Source: Laetmonice hystrix (lineage: Eukaryota). From it: 64,000 bases of DNA. The stretch spans positions 48,486,001 to 48,550,000 of the forward strand of contig OZ249436.1 in the NCBI GenBank assembly GCA_965235115.1, read 5' to 3'. Positions 47,186 to 60,082 of this stretch are shown piece after piece (positions within the stretch are counted from its first letter, which is position 1; every line of letters starts with the position of its first letter). The notes under the pieces are model-generated. The model saw only the letters and a program-made list of their open reading frames with translations, ran no database searches and was not told the DNA's origin. The position numbers and the translations under genes were made by a program.

Positions 47186-48061
47186 CACTCTAAAAACAGA
47201 TTGGTTGAAAAAACTACCAATCTCATTGGTTGAGCCTATACTGGTTGTTTTAACCAACAGTTTGGTTAAGTCATAACCAATACGTTGGTTATTGGGTAAC
47301 CATTCATGCACATTTGTTGTGATTTTGTTGCGATGAACAACCAATGTGATTTGTTACTGGATAACCAGCACTGTGGTCACGTGATGACGCTCACCTGTCC
47401 CTTTCTTTGTCTATACCCCCTAAATGTCATATACATGTGATGGTCGACTAATGAAACCGTGGGCATAAATTAACAACTAACAATAATATAAATACAGTCT
47501 TTGTGATGGTGACTAGAGTGTTATGTCAGCCTAATTAAGTGGGAGTTGTTGACATTGCTCATGCATAGAAACACCGTCTTTGACCACTAGAGAACATAAT
47601 TATTAACTCCTAGATGTAAAAGCAGTAGATATTATCATGCGGAGTAGCCTCTTAATTAGGTTGCAGCCGTTTGAATTTTCCTCTAATGGAACTGTCTGAA
47701 ATCATCATTTCCTTCCAGCAACCTCCCTGATAAAATTAAATGGCAGTCCTAACTGATAAAAAGTGAGCCCAGAATTAACCAAAATAATGATTATGATAAC
47801 CTATCCAGATTGGCTATGAACCAACGAAGTAATGGTTGCGATAGCCTATCCACATTGGTTACAGACTAGCATATTAACCAAAATAATGGTTGTGATGACG
47901 GTGCATATTGGTCAACAACCAACCAATCCACATTGGTTGAGAGGGTAAATATATTGGATTGGTTATTTTGAACATGACATCGATTGGACACATATCCATG
48001 CAGAAGATTGGTTGATTTTAACCAGGATCCTGGTTGTTTTAACCAATTTGTTTTTAGAGTA
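47186..48061. mobile_element. Longer EnSpm/CACTA-like non-autonomous element of the same family
   Basis: TA|CACTCTAAAAACAGATTGGTT ... AACCAATTTGTTTTTAGAGTA|TA. Dense AACCAA/TTGGTT motifs at both ends around a non-repetitive core. Confidence 0.85.
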
Positions 48062-48621
48062 TATCCTGCAGGCCTATTTGGAGGGAAGACTCGCCCCCCC
48101 CCAAAAAAAAAATCAGTTACTGCTGCACTTTATTTTTTCAAAAAGCTCAACCTTAGGTTACCCCCCCCCGCCCCATGTCCTTCAAGTCCCCCCCCCCCCA
48201 AAAAAAGAAAACACACACAAAAAAACGGTGAAATCCTGGAAACTCTGAAGCATTTACCAGTTCGGTCCGAGTCTTAAGTTGGAACCATTTTAAGAAAATC
48301 TAAAATCACCATTTCCAGCTTATCATGAACGGAATGGCTATACGATTAAAAAAACTAGTATTTTTGACCGATGTGAGTTGGGAGACGGGCTCCTGTGACC
48401 GCGGTGTGATCGTGAAATCTATAACGACGTCTCCAAGATGCCGGGGATCATGTCTTGTCTTTCAGATATCGAACTGGACCTGTACCGTCTTGCCTTGCAC
48501 TGAGCCACACCTTATTGAATACTATTATCAATGATCTCAGAGCAGCAACATCAAATGTGACGACTATATGATGTTAGAGAAAGGACTAGAAAAATAGAAC
48601 CTTATCTCAAGGAGGGTGTTA

Positions 48622-48813
48622 CGGAAGCCCGTTAGTGCCATAGTGTCGATATATTTTATCTGGCGGCCGCAACATAATTATCTGGCGGCCGCAACATAAT
48701 TATCTGGCGGCCGCAACATAATTATCTGGCGGCAATTATTTGGCGGTCGCCACATAATTATGTGGCGGCCGCTATATGAAATATTTTCGCATTGTGGCAT
48801 CAACGGGCTTCGG
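48622..48813. mobile_element. MITE with an internal array of 22-bp self-complementary units
   Basis: CGGAAGCCCGTTAGTGCCATAGTG pairs with CATTGTGGCATCAACGGGCTTCGG. Internal (TCTGGCGGCCGCAACATAATTA)n. Confidence 0.75.
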
Positions 48814-48820
48814 TTATACT

Positions 48821-49044
48821 AGTGAACCCCTCCACTCGCCCTTCGCTAACCTCGCTAGGCCTCATCCCATGGTGTGTTTTGAGGTATGTACGTATGTATG
48901 TAGGTATGCAGGTAGGTAGATAGGTAGGTAGGTATGCAGGTAGGTAGGTAGGTAGGTATGTAGGTAGGTAGGTAGTTAGGTAGGTATGTAGGTAGGTATG
49001 TGAGGCCTAGCGAGGTTAGCGAAGGGCAAGTAGAGGGGTTCACT
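48821..49044. mobile_element. Foldback element with 44-bp inverted ends around a (TAGG/TATG)n microsatellite
   Basis: AGTGAACCCCTCCACTCGCCCTTCGCTAACCTCGCTAGGCCTCA pairs with TGAGGCCTAGCGAGGTTAGCGAAGGGCAAGTAGAGGGGTTCACT. Confidence 0.85.
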
Positions 49045-49705
49045 GCTTTGTCAAATCTAATGTACAATATATCGTTGAGAGGTGTCCTAGGGGCTATTTA
49101 CCTCATCCTCACCCCCTCCCAGAGAGTACTCAGTGCATCTAGCCATAGGCCTATATGTATATCATATATATTCGTCCATTTATCCGGCCTCCAGGGTTGC
49201 TGTATTGATTTGAAGTTATTGATTCCGTCAGTGTGTGTGGATATCGATCGGCAGACGTTGCCGGGCCGTCAGTAATTTCTGTCCCGGCGCATGGTGCCAT
49301 GGCTACGGCCACCCAACGCGCTGCCAGACTCGCTTTGATGGCAAGGCAACGCCTAAATCTTTAACCGCTGCAAACTGACGGGACTGCTAGGCCTGCTCGA
49401 TAAACGATGTATTATGCATTGAAATCGCACTTACGTGCTTGGGTTACGAGTTGAACATCGTTCACGTAATCGTGTCGAACGTAGACTCCTTTTATTCTTT
49501 TTTGTGTTTATGCCTGAGAAAAACATCTGTAAAACTTTCAAATTTCAAATGAATTATCAAACGATAAGTTGATGTTTTTAACGGAGCAGGAAAATTGAAA
49601 AAAAACTCCCTTTACTCGACCCAGATATATAAGTTTCTGAGTATCAACATTAAGTCATCCTTTAAACTCTAACATAATCTACTGTCTCCGCTGACTGTCA
49701 GTTAA

Positions 49706-50203
49706 AGCAGCATCGTACGTAACTTCGAGAATAAAACACTTACCTGTCACCTATAGCAACCTATTGACATATATGTGTAGACACACATGCAGTACTGCAG
49801 TATGATGCTTTTTGTTAACTATAGGATTCGGACCGAAACTAGAAAATGATAATTAGCAGCAGTTTGAATTTGCCTCTGCTTTCCGAAGGGGGCGCTGCAA
49901 ATGACGTCGAACAACATCCCATAATAATCCTAGGTCCTGGGGAACCCCATGCTAACTTCAGGTATCGCTCCACCATATTTCATCATCATCATACGCTTGC
50001 TTTGTAAATATGCCTCCGGGGGCTTTTAAGCGACGAAAGTCGATGTATGCAACAGAATCAGGTAAAAAGCTGAGAAAGAAGGAGTTGGACAGAAGACGTG
50101 ACAGTGCTCGTGGCATTGAAATAGATCGGTGGATGGTCTTGAAACCCCACGCTCCGAGCGTCACCTGAGACTGTGAGAGGCGCGCAGTGCTGAAACTCAG
50201 CGT
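49706..50203 (+). mobile_element. Kolobok-like (TTAA) element end, copy 2
   Basis: Colinear with 24438-24900 (AAAACACTTACCTGTCACC, AGTTTGAATTTGCCTCTGCT, TTTTAAGCGACGAAAGTCGATGTATGCA). Confidence 0.8.
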
Positions 50204-50610
50204 GGGAATTCCCCTGTTACACGGTTATGCAAAATGGCTAAGCGGTTCGAAGGTAGAGCGTTAGATTGCAACGGAGCCAGCTGAGCGTTCTCACATTACA
50301 TTTGGGTGGTCTCACTTCAATTTATTCGAGTTTTACATTGTGGCACAGCTGATTTATATGGCAGGGTGTCGAAATTACAGGTTTTAAAAATAGTGTAACT
50401 TTAACGTTGCATAATAAATAATTCCCACCCACTACAATTCCGTTAACTGTTTTTAACGGGCACCTAAAAGGTCCCCGCTATCTAACGGGGCATTTTAACG
50501 GAGCGAGCGGAATTTTTTTAATGCAATGTCCGTTATCCAAAGGTGTAGCGGGGAGGGGGGGGGGTGTTCCGGGTTGCCCCCCCCCAATAGATGAATGACT
50601 AATATTATGC

Positions 50611-50821
50611 TTGGAAACCCCCTATCTCATGTCTCAAATAAATGAAATACTATCCCCATCTCAGTGGGACCCCCCCCCCTTATCTCAGTTCTGCCTACAA
50701 TAAATGAAATACTATCCCCCATCTCAGTTGGAAACCCCCCTTATCTCAGTTCTGCCTACAATAAATGAAATACTATCCCCCATCTCAGTTGGAAACCCCC
50801 CTTAGCTCAGTTCTGCCTACA
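50611..50821. repeat. Tandem repeat, ~60-bp unit x ~3.5
   Basis: TTGGAAACCCCCCTTATCTCAGTTCTGCCTACAATAAATGAAATACTATCCCCCATCTCAG. Confidence 0.85.
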
Positions 50822-53767
50822 CTCCAGTCGGTTCTCCCCGTGAAGACGATCCTAGTTGCCGATCTGGAGATAACCCGCCAATTCATCATTCTCTATTCCA
50901 CTGACCTTGCAGGCCTTTCTTGTTCCGAAAGCAACCGCAGCGGTCAGAATATTATGTAACTCTTTGAATAATTGATGGCTCTAATCGACGAATCGCAATA
51001 TGGGAATGCCTATCCCGGGGGTAGGGGATACGGGGCCTTTTCATTCCGCTGAAGGGTTATTCCCCCATGGTAACTTCCCAACAAAATCTTAGGTCAGGGG
51101 TTCAGGTTAAGGTCAGGGATAGGGATATGTTTTGGGATGTGTAGGGATCGGAGTTAGGGGTGTATAGGGATAAGGTCAGGGCTATGGGTCTTTACTTTCG
51201 ACCAAATTTCATGGGGTTTATGACCGGTGATGTTGCCGCTGTAGACGCAATCCTAGAACTTACCCCTCTGTTGTACATTGGACAATGACATTGTCGGACG
51301 GGTATACCAAGGCCTACCCCGGGGGGCAGGGACGCATCATTGATCGTCCCTGCGTCTCGTCGAAGGATTCAGCAGCCTTGACCTCCGTGACTTCGTGTAA
51401 GCGCCCCCTGGGGGTGGGGACAAGTGGTAGGAATGGTCCTCATCATGCTCTCTGCCGTTTCTAAGAGACGACGAATGGAAAAAAGGGGGCAGTCCCCCGT
51501 CCCGCTGACATATTTTCTGTACTTATACAGTAGAGCTCTCTGATTTGACATTGTTGAACACCCTTTTGCCAATTCCCCCCCTAAGAAGCCCCTCCTTCCA
51601 AAATCCAGAATCCACCTCTTAGGTTAACTCCATGTATAAAATACTAGGAGTTGTCACTGGTTGATTTTCCCACATCATGAGGATATTTATGTCGACCTCG
51701 TTTTATTGATCAGGAACCATTGCCATTATTGCGCCGTCGTGGTGGAACATTAAAAGGCGACTAACACAAGAGATGTAGCTGTGCCTGAAGGGCCATGCCC
51801 CATGTGCTTGCGGGCACTGCTCTTGTGATGCTATTGTTATTCTGCGGTCATTTTTCCCTACTTCTCGTAGACAGGCGTCGACGTTTTTTCATGCCGGGCC
51901 CATAGCTAACCTGCGTGCATGCGATCAAGGTGCAAGCACGGATTTTAACTGTGGAACGTGTAGTCCGAATGCCACTTTCTCCCCACCTGACAGGATGGAG
52001 GATGGTGTTACCGCCACCTCATGTATAGGCCTAAAAATAAACTACCATTTTTCAGCGGAGTCGTCGTCGATTGTTTCTTGACAATCGTAGGTAATCTTAG
52101 GTAATCGTAGGTGATCGCACGCTTTATCTGGATAATTCCTGCGAAAAATCCTACCAGCATTCGTGCAATAGATCACAACATGGTCGCAAACTAATCTTTA
52201 GTGTGTGACCGCTATCTCATAATCGTAGAGCGATTCCACGACAGGCCCCCGATACCCCACGGTTCCCCATTACCCCTGCCTATCGTGCAATCCAAAATTC
52301 GTACGACTAGATGTGACTGGGGCTTAAACGGCTCAAGTGAGTGAACTGCCGTGACGTCACGGGTAAGAATATAGATATAGAATCCCCCACGGCCGTATCA
52401 CTCCCACACCATAGCGTTACGAAAACGGAAGTCCTTCCACCGGACTATATTCGGCAGCCTATACTGACTTGTGCCGACTAAACAGGTAACATTCCTGATC
52501 TACAAGCTTGTTTGAAATCTTTGATGGAGAAGTCAGGCGCAGATCCTGGAATTATTACAGGGCGGGGTCAAGTTCGAAAAATGGCCCTGTAAGAGGACCG
52601 TGTTGGAATTCGTCGTTCGCCATGGCGATGACCATGGCGACCCCTATCGGCGCCTTTGATGACAGCTGGATACGATTCCTGATCGAAACCTTGTCCTTCA
52701 AGGTCAAGGTTGTTCGTTTGGCGGAGGCCAAGTCCCACCTGCTCAATGTTGCCGTAACCACGGCTGCTCTATGTGGCCATGGGTCGGCGGGGGCGTGTGG
52801 TTATGAGCGCGGTGTGTATGACAGAGGTGGATCCAGTGGGAAGGGGGGTGCGAAGGGACGGTTCTAGTCCTCTAGCTAATTTGCTAAAATTACAAGCTCC
52901 CCGTTTTACAATTTTGGATCGGCTCCGTTATTGTAAATCACCACTCGTTTCTGCCGGATAGTTTTACCAGGATGTGTTGACAGATTGGCCGGGTATTAGG
53001 CCTAGAATCTACGCACATAGGTAGGCCTACTATACTGCCGTGAAGTGAACGAGAAATGGACAAAAACAAGTTGTCTCTACAGTGCAGTTGGATGGACATG
53101 CCTCCTTCTGTCATGTGACTGATAACTTCATAGAAGGATGTTTCAGAGCAGAAATACACCCATTGACAGATAGGACTTATTTCCCTGAATCCAAATTTAC
53201 ACTTAAGTCGATTTTGATGAGTTGGACTTGCTTCCTTTTGTCATTGCACGGCCGTATAGCCCACCTCGTAGGGCGCGGAACGTGGCCTATAGCACACCCC
53301 CAACACATATAGGCCAGGCTACACAAATGTTTCTACCTGGATGCTCGGAATGGCACACTTTCTGTCCATGTATGTTAATTATTCAGTGACTGCTAAAGAT
53401 ATGTTATTCATCTTACAATGACCCATAAATATGATGCGGTCAACCGCCCGTTAGGTTTGTATGAACCATGTATTATTCATTCCACACTGCAAGCTTTCAG
53501 TCCAGTCACGGAGGGGTTGTATCATGGTAGGCGGGGCAAAGGGTGAATGTGAAGGATGAAAAACATGAAGCGGGTTAAAATTCTACTGCGGCTTTGTATC
53601 TAATCTAAGCTTTCCTGAGCAGAGGCATCGGAAGGCGGCAAAAAGTATTTATATCGGGTGGGTACAAAAGAACTGTCCAGAACAAACTATTCTTGACTGT
53701 AACGTCTAAAAATAGTGTCTGAATGACGTGAGATCTGTCAATCAAATGCCACCTGCCAAAAGCAGGT

Positions 53768-53991
53768 GGTGGGTGGGTAGGTATTTGGGGTTTTACGCCT
53801 TGCAACAGCCAGGGTCATATCACGGCGGTGAAGATGATGATGAAAGTCAGTTTTTCTTGGTGGAGGAAACCGGAGTGCCCGGAGGAAACCACCGACCTTC
53901 GGGAAGGAACTGACTGACAAACCTTTCACACATGCAGCCCTGGCCGGGGATCGAACCCGGACCGCAGCGGTGTGAGGCGATGATCCTAGGT
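53768..53991 (-). mobile_element. 5'-truncated copy of the 4817 SINE
   Basis: Reverse complement of about 4860-5086. It keeps the B box, core and (ACCC)n tail and lacks the A box. Confidence 0.92.
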
Positions 53992-54322
53992 CAGACTCAT
54001 TTTTGACATATTTCATCAGAATGAAACTATAGGTGTGATGAAACTATCAGTGTGGGGACCGGTATTAAAGTGGGCTGAGCTCCTCAACATCACACCTAGC
54101 ATCTAGCAGTTATGCAGGCTGCCGAGACCAGGACCCGGTTCACAAACAAAGTAAAGTCAATTTGGGGGGGGGGGGGGTCTCAGAATTTTTTTTTTTAATT
54201 AGAAGCTCTGAAACGCGATTCCCCGCCATTTAGGGGCCATTTTAGGGCATTATATTTTGTAGATTCATCGATCAACAGGTTCAAAACGGCGGAAATGCTT
54301 AAAAAAAAATCGCTGAACGGGC

Positions 54323-56347
54323 TCAAAACGGCGGGAATACTTAGAAAAAATCTATGCTCTGTGGGAGCAGGGGGGGGGGGGTCCGGACCCCCTGGACCCC
54401 CCCCCTGGACACGCGCCTGAACTAGGGGCCTATAGCAAAAAGATCTGAACTCGACATTCTTAAAACCCATTGATATGATACTTGGGATCATTAACTATAG
54501 AAAGTTACCTCTAATTATAGTACTTCATTCTGGGTTTATTTCCTTGCGAAATATCCGGACGATCGTCTTTTACCCATTTTGTTTTGTTTGTTTTGGTCAT
54601 TAGTCGACAGAAAAAACGAGGATATTTGTATTTAATTAACGGCATAAGATGATTATCTTTTCTGTAATATATTGACCAACAACCAGATGGTCATATAAGA
54701 GGTAGAAGTATTTTTCAATATTTTTCTCCATTTTTATCGTATTTTACATTGCCTTTAATAAAAATCATTGACGGACTCACCGACTCACTTACATTGCCGA
54801 GATAGTAGAGATAGGCTATAGAGATACGTAAAATACACCGATCCCCTTGTCTTCGACCGGCAATATGAGGTTTATTGATGGTTCTCGTGAATTCTCGTCA
54901 TTCTAACCTTGCTCCGTGACCCCTCGCCGCTGCCTGAAGGCCTTGGAAACTTTGATGGCCGTACTGCTTAATCCATGTCCTCATCAGGTCTGACTTGACG
55001 CCAGGGGGCGTTCGAGTTCCGGTGTGCATGTCGGGGTTGGGGGGTTTCATTAGACGGGACTTCAGAGCAGCAAGGATATGGATAAGGCTGGGTCGGTGTT
55101 GACCGTGTCTAACATGATGTCTTATGAAAAACTGAGACGCTTTCATTTCTCTTAAATATCTACAGAGTTAACATTAAGTCGGCCTAATTTACCGTACAGT
55201 TTCTATACATTGTTCTTGCAATTAATAATATCATGTTAGAAAACCACTCTAGGATGACGGCTACACACTTGTTGTTGCAATTCTTAATATCTCAATCTCA
55301 CTGAAATGACAAAAGAAAGAAGTCGCAATAAGTCAAAACGGCGGGAATGCTTAGAAAAAATCTATGCTCTGTGGGAGCAGGGGGGGGGGGGGTCCGGACC
55401 CCCTGGAACCCCCCCCCCCCTGGACACGCGCCTGAACTAGGGGCCTATAGCAAAAAGATCTGAACTCGACATTCTTAAAACCCATTGATATGATACTTGG
55501 GATCATTAACTATAGAAAGTTATCTCTAATTATAGTACTTCATTCTGGGTTTATTTCCTTGCGAAATATCCGGACGATCGTCTTTTACCCATTTTGTTTT
55601 GTTTGTTTTGGTCATTAGTCGACAGAAAAAACGAGGATATTTGTATTTAATTAACGGCATAAGATGATTATATTTTCTGTAATATATTGACCAACAACCA
55701 GATGGTCATATAAGAGGTAGAAGTATTTTTCAATATTTTTCTCCATTTTTATCGTATTTTACATTGCCTTTAATAAAAATCATTGACGGACTCACCGACT
55801 CACTTACATTGCCGAGATAGTAGAGATAGGCTATAGAGATACGTAAAATACACCGATCCCCTTGTCTTCGACCGGCAATATGAGGTTTATTGATGGTTCT
55901 CGTGAATTCTCGTCATTCTAACCTTGCTCCGTGACCCCTCGCCGCTGCCTGAAGGCCTTGGAAACTTTGATGGCCGTACTGCTTAATCCATGTCCTCATC
56001 AGGTCTGACTTGACGCCAGGGGGCGTTCGAGTTCCGGTGTGCATGTCGGGGTTGGGGGGTTTCATTAGACGGGACTTCAGAGCAGCAAGGATATGGATAA
56101 GGCTGGGTCGGTGTTGACCGTGTCTAACATGATGTCTTATGAAAAACTGAGACGCTTTCATTTCTCTTAAATATCTACAGAGTTAACATTAAGTCGGCCT
56201 AATTTACCGTACAGTTTCTATACATTGTTCTTGCAATTAATAATATCATGTTAGAAAACCACTCTAGGATGACGGCTACACACTTGTTGTTGCAATTCTT
56301 AATATCTCAATCTCACTGAAATGACAAAAGAAAGAAGTCGCAATAAG
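54323..56347. repeat. Near-identical tandem duplication of ~1.01 kb (54323-55332 and 55333-56347)
   Basis: The two copies read identically apart from homopolymer lengths and about four substitutions seen by eye. The ORF track gives the same 82-aa ORF twice. Confidence 0.95.
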
Positions 56348-56895
56348 ACTGATGGTGATTTTAAGTATTTACGGTTGTATGGGCCGCTACAAGTACGTCC
56401 TAATTGGATCGCCCCTGTATGCGTCAAGAATATCTCCTGTCACATTCCGTCAGACATGCCTGGTTACGAGACTGTCGTTTCAAGGCGGATCCAGGGTTAT
56501 AGGTCAAAGGGTCCAGCAAGGGACGGGGTCCAACAGGGCCAGTCCTGAAAGCTCGGCCTGCAAGCCAACCAATATAATTATGCTGATGATGATCTGGAAA
56601 ACAGTCGATCAAAAGCTGGTTTGTCGTTTCTAGATGTTATTAGAAAAAATTAAAATGATTAATGAACAGATAATCATTGTGACAAGTAGAAAGTAGCTTT
56701 CTCTGTTCCCAACCGTCGAACCCATGCACGCCACTTGAAATTGGATTGGCGTAAAATTTCGTTCGTCACCGTAATAAAAAAAAGGTTCAACGCAATCGTA
56801 ACTTGGTTGATTAAACCACCACTCCCCAGCGTATACGACCGAGTTATCGCCTAGCTGTACCAACCCGTCTGGATTTAGGTCGAGATCAGTAAGGG

Positions 56896-56972
56896 CCGGT
56901 GTCCCATCTAATACCTACCCCCATAAAATACCGGGGGTAGGTATTATATGGGGGTATTAGATAGGACACCGG
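56896..56972. mobile_element. 77-bp foldback mini-element
   Basis: CCGGTGTCCCATCTAATACC pairs with GGTATTAGATAGGACACCGG. Confidence 0.7.
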
Positions 56973-57246
56973 ATTCTGATCCAACCGGCCGAATGCCTAG
57001 ACATGTCTTTCATAATTTTTATTACCCATGCAACCATGCCCATACATTGCCCAAACCGGCCGGCCGACCGGACCAGTGTATAGGTCTATATGCATAACAT
57101 AATCATAAAAAGTGGTCCGGATTATGAAACAGCCGCCATAAACACACAGCATTGATCTGATTGTCCGCAAACCACATGGGGCAGCTGCCAATCTCCTCCT
57201 CTTCCTCCTCTTCTTCTCCTTCTCCTCCTCCTCCTCCTCCTCCTCT

Positions 57247-57720
57247 TCGACAGGGATCTTATCCGGTGACCAGACTGGGGGGTCGAGCACACGAGTCAGT
57301 GCACATCGACAGGGATCTTATCCGGTGACCAGACTGGGGGGTCGAGCACACGAGTCAGTGCACATCGACAGGGATCTTATCCAGTGACAAGACTGGGGGG
57401 TCGAGCACACGAGTCAGTGCACATCGACAGGGATCTTATCCGGTGACCAGACTATGGGGTCCAGCACACGAGTCAGTGCACATCGACAGGGATCTTATCC
57501 GGTGACCAGACTGGGGGGTCGAGCACACGAGTCAGTGCACATCGACAGGGATCTTATCCGGTGACCAGACTGGGGGGTCGAGCACACGAGTCAGTGCACA
57601 TCGACAGGGATCTTATCCGGTGACAAGACTGGGGGGTCCAGCACACGAGTCAGTGCACATGGACAGGGATCTTATCCGGTGACCAGACTGGGGGGTCGAG
57701 CACAAGAGTCAGTGCACATC
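57247..57720. repeat. Minisatellite, 59-bp unit x 8, preceded by a (CTC/CTT)n tract
   Basis: Unit TCGACAGGGATCTTATCCGGTGACCAGACTGGGGGGTCGAGCACACGAGTCAGTGCACA. Confidence 0.95.
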
Positions 57721-58010
57721 AGGATGTTCCAGCGAAACCAGCAAGGTTGAGACTTGTGTCGGTTATTTTATAAACATGTACGGGGTGGGGAGTTGGGGGG
57801 GGGGGGGGCTAGTGCCCCGAGGCCCGATAACGTCATACGGAGTTCCGTATCCCATGAGGCCGATGGTTAAATTTAAAACATTTTATTAGCTGAGAGGGGG
57901 CAAGCAGTGCCTTATAACCTTACATAGCCTTAGTTTTTCTTCAAGAATATAACTTTGTCCACACTTTCCGCATTTAAAGGTCCACTTTTTTTAAAACTTG
58001 TAAAAAAAAC

Positions 58011-58090
58011 AGTGTGTCTTCATAAATGTCAATAGGTGACTATAGGGGACAGGTAAGTGTTTTATTCTCAAAGATACTAACGATGCCACT
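58011..58090 (-). mobile_element. Inverted terminal piece of the 24438/49706 Kolobok-like family
   Basis: ATGTCAATAGGTGACTATAGGGGACAGGTAAGTGTTTTATTCTC...ACGATGCCACT|TTAA. Confidence 0.75.
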
Positions 58091-59819
58091 TTAAGGCAGG
58101 ACGCTGGGCAGTAACAATGTCCCCAACAGTTTAGCACACTCTTTCAGAAGGCACACTAGTTGCAGGTATTCCCAGATATGCCATGAGTCATGAGCGTATC
58201 GTTTTGTATCGATACATTTATATCGATGTATCGTATTTGACACACCATATCGCGATGCACAGATATATCGATGAATCGTTTCAGCCTTACCTAAAATGTA
58301 AGGCGGGGGCGGGGGGAGGGGTAGGCCGGTAGGGGGGGGGCTATGAGTTTTGCTGCCACCGGGCCGCCCTGGCTCTCGGCGCCACTGCCTACACGTCAAC
58401 ATTTCTCTCAGCCATTCTGAGGCCTATATTGGGTACCGCTGAAATTAAGCTCCGTAAAGTTCATGTGTTAGGAAATTACGCGTGAATCAAGCTTAATTCC
58501 AGCGGGTCGGTTCCAGGGCCAAGGGACCGATTACTCCTCAGACCCTTTCAGACACTCGACTAAGTTTCAAAATGGCGGATCTCTCGATCCGATCTTGCTA
58601 TGTATGTGTTTGGTATCAAGAAATTGGCGAGTTTATGATTTGTCTCCGATATAAAACAGGAATAAGAGCATAGTTTTACACCAGTGTTACCGTCTACTAA
58701 TGGTTTTTGCCATTGACTGCCTGCTGCTGGTCCAGGTGTACGGGAGAACGCCGACTCGGTGTGATCTACGTCATCACGATCACGTCATCCCCCTTACGGC
58801 TTTGAAAAGTCCGAGCGCTGAGAGTTAAAATGTACACAACTGGATTGAGATGATAACTCGGGGTGCGGTGTTGTTCAGGTGAAACCTGCTGAGAATGGAC
58901 GGTAGGAATGGTTGGAGCTAATGAAGGGGGGTGCTGCAATATAACACGCAGATTTGAACGCACCTCCCAACACGTACAACTTAGATTCAAAGGAACGCCA
59001 ATAACGACAGGTGGAAGACAGGTATTTGGGCTTTGATGCTCGATTTTTAGCTCGTGCTATGAGGGACGCCTAGCCTCCTTGGGGTGGGGTGTATTACGTC
59101 GGGACGGGGGATGTGGTGGGGCAGCCGAGAGGTGGGGTGTGATCAGGGATGGAAGCTATATTTTAGAGGACTTTATCCTTGATGGGAGGGGGTATGCCTA
59201 TAACCCCACCCCTCTTCCACCCAGTCAGTCTATATAGTGACATCGTACTACTGGATGAACCATACAGCATATGAAAGGGACGAGACCAAATACTATAGTA
59301 TGTACCATTGTCATTGTCATCGTTATTTTGTCGGTCTTCTGGTATATAGAATGCGTGGCTTTTGGAGTAAGCGACAATATGTTTGTACTACGGATTTCTA
59401 TACCGGGCCTTTGTGCTGTCACGTGAATAGCAATAATGTTCTTCAAAGTCACCTTTGAGCCAGCACGCAGTATACGTAATAATATGGAAGGTCTTCATTT
59501 CTAAATTCAAGCCATTGTATGATAAAAGTCACGCAAATACCAATCGTCATTCCGGCAGATGTACCGCGGAGGATATAACAACCTGTGAGGGGACGCATGC
59601 GCAGTGCTTGCCTCGGGTGTTTTCTAACATTTGTGGGATCATTTGTCACTTATTTTCAAGGTCGGTGATTTTTCTGGGAAGATGGGTGAACATTTTACTC
59701 TATGTCAATAGTATTCTAGATATAATTATCCAGGGCCAATTTATATAACATTGCAACTATTAAAAAATATATTTATAGATTGGATAAAGGGAGAGGGAAA
59801 CCTACCATGCAGGGAGGGG

Positions 59820-60082
59820 CAGGGCCGGATCCAGAGGGGGGGGGCTGTGGGGGTTGCAATCCCCCCTTAGAAATCCAAAAAAAGAACAAAAGAAAGAAAA
59901 AGGAAAAGAAAAGGAAACAAAGGTGTCAAAATGTCCGTCCTCCAGTCCAGGAACCACAGTGTGAATCTAGAATATTAAGCGATAAGTATACTAACGTTAT
60001 ATATTTAATAAAATAATAATAATTTCGGACTTGACGGCTGCAACCCCCCCCCCTTGAAAAAAAAATCCTGGATCCGGCCCTG
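59820..60082. mobile_element. CAG-ended MITE (hAT-like), complete
   Basis: Perfect 15-bp TIR CAGGGCCGGATCCAG / CTGGATCCGGCCCTG. AGGGG flanks both ends. Confidence 0.85.

Noticed and set aside
51085..51190. Interstitial telomeric repeat
   Set aside because: Only degenerate GGTTAAGG/GGTCAGGG-like units, not a (TTAGGG)n run. More likely the interior of a repeat element.
52508..52867. 119-aa ORF as a downstream NCKX exon or nested gene
   Set aside because: I see no similarity to NCKX or any family I recognise, and no convincing splice sites.
54898..56161. Duplicated 82-aa ORF as a gene pair
   Set aside because: The identity simply reflects the 1-kb duplication, and the peptide has no recognisable features.
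7695..57720. Regular arrays (64, 56, 50, 37, 29, 42, 53 and 59-bp periods) as CRISPR arrays
   Set aside because: The units repeat head to tail with no unique spacers, there are no cas genes, and the context is eukaryotic. They are minisatellites.
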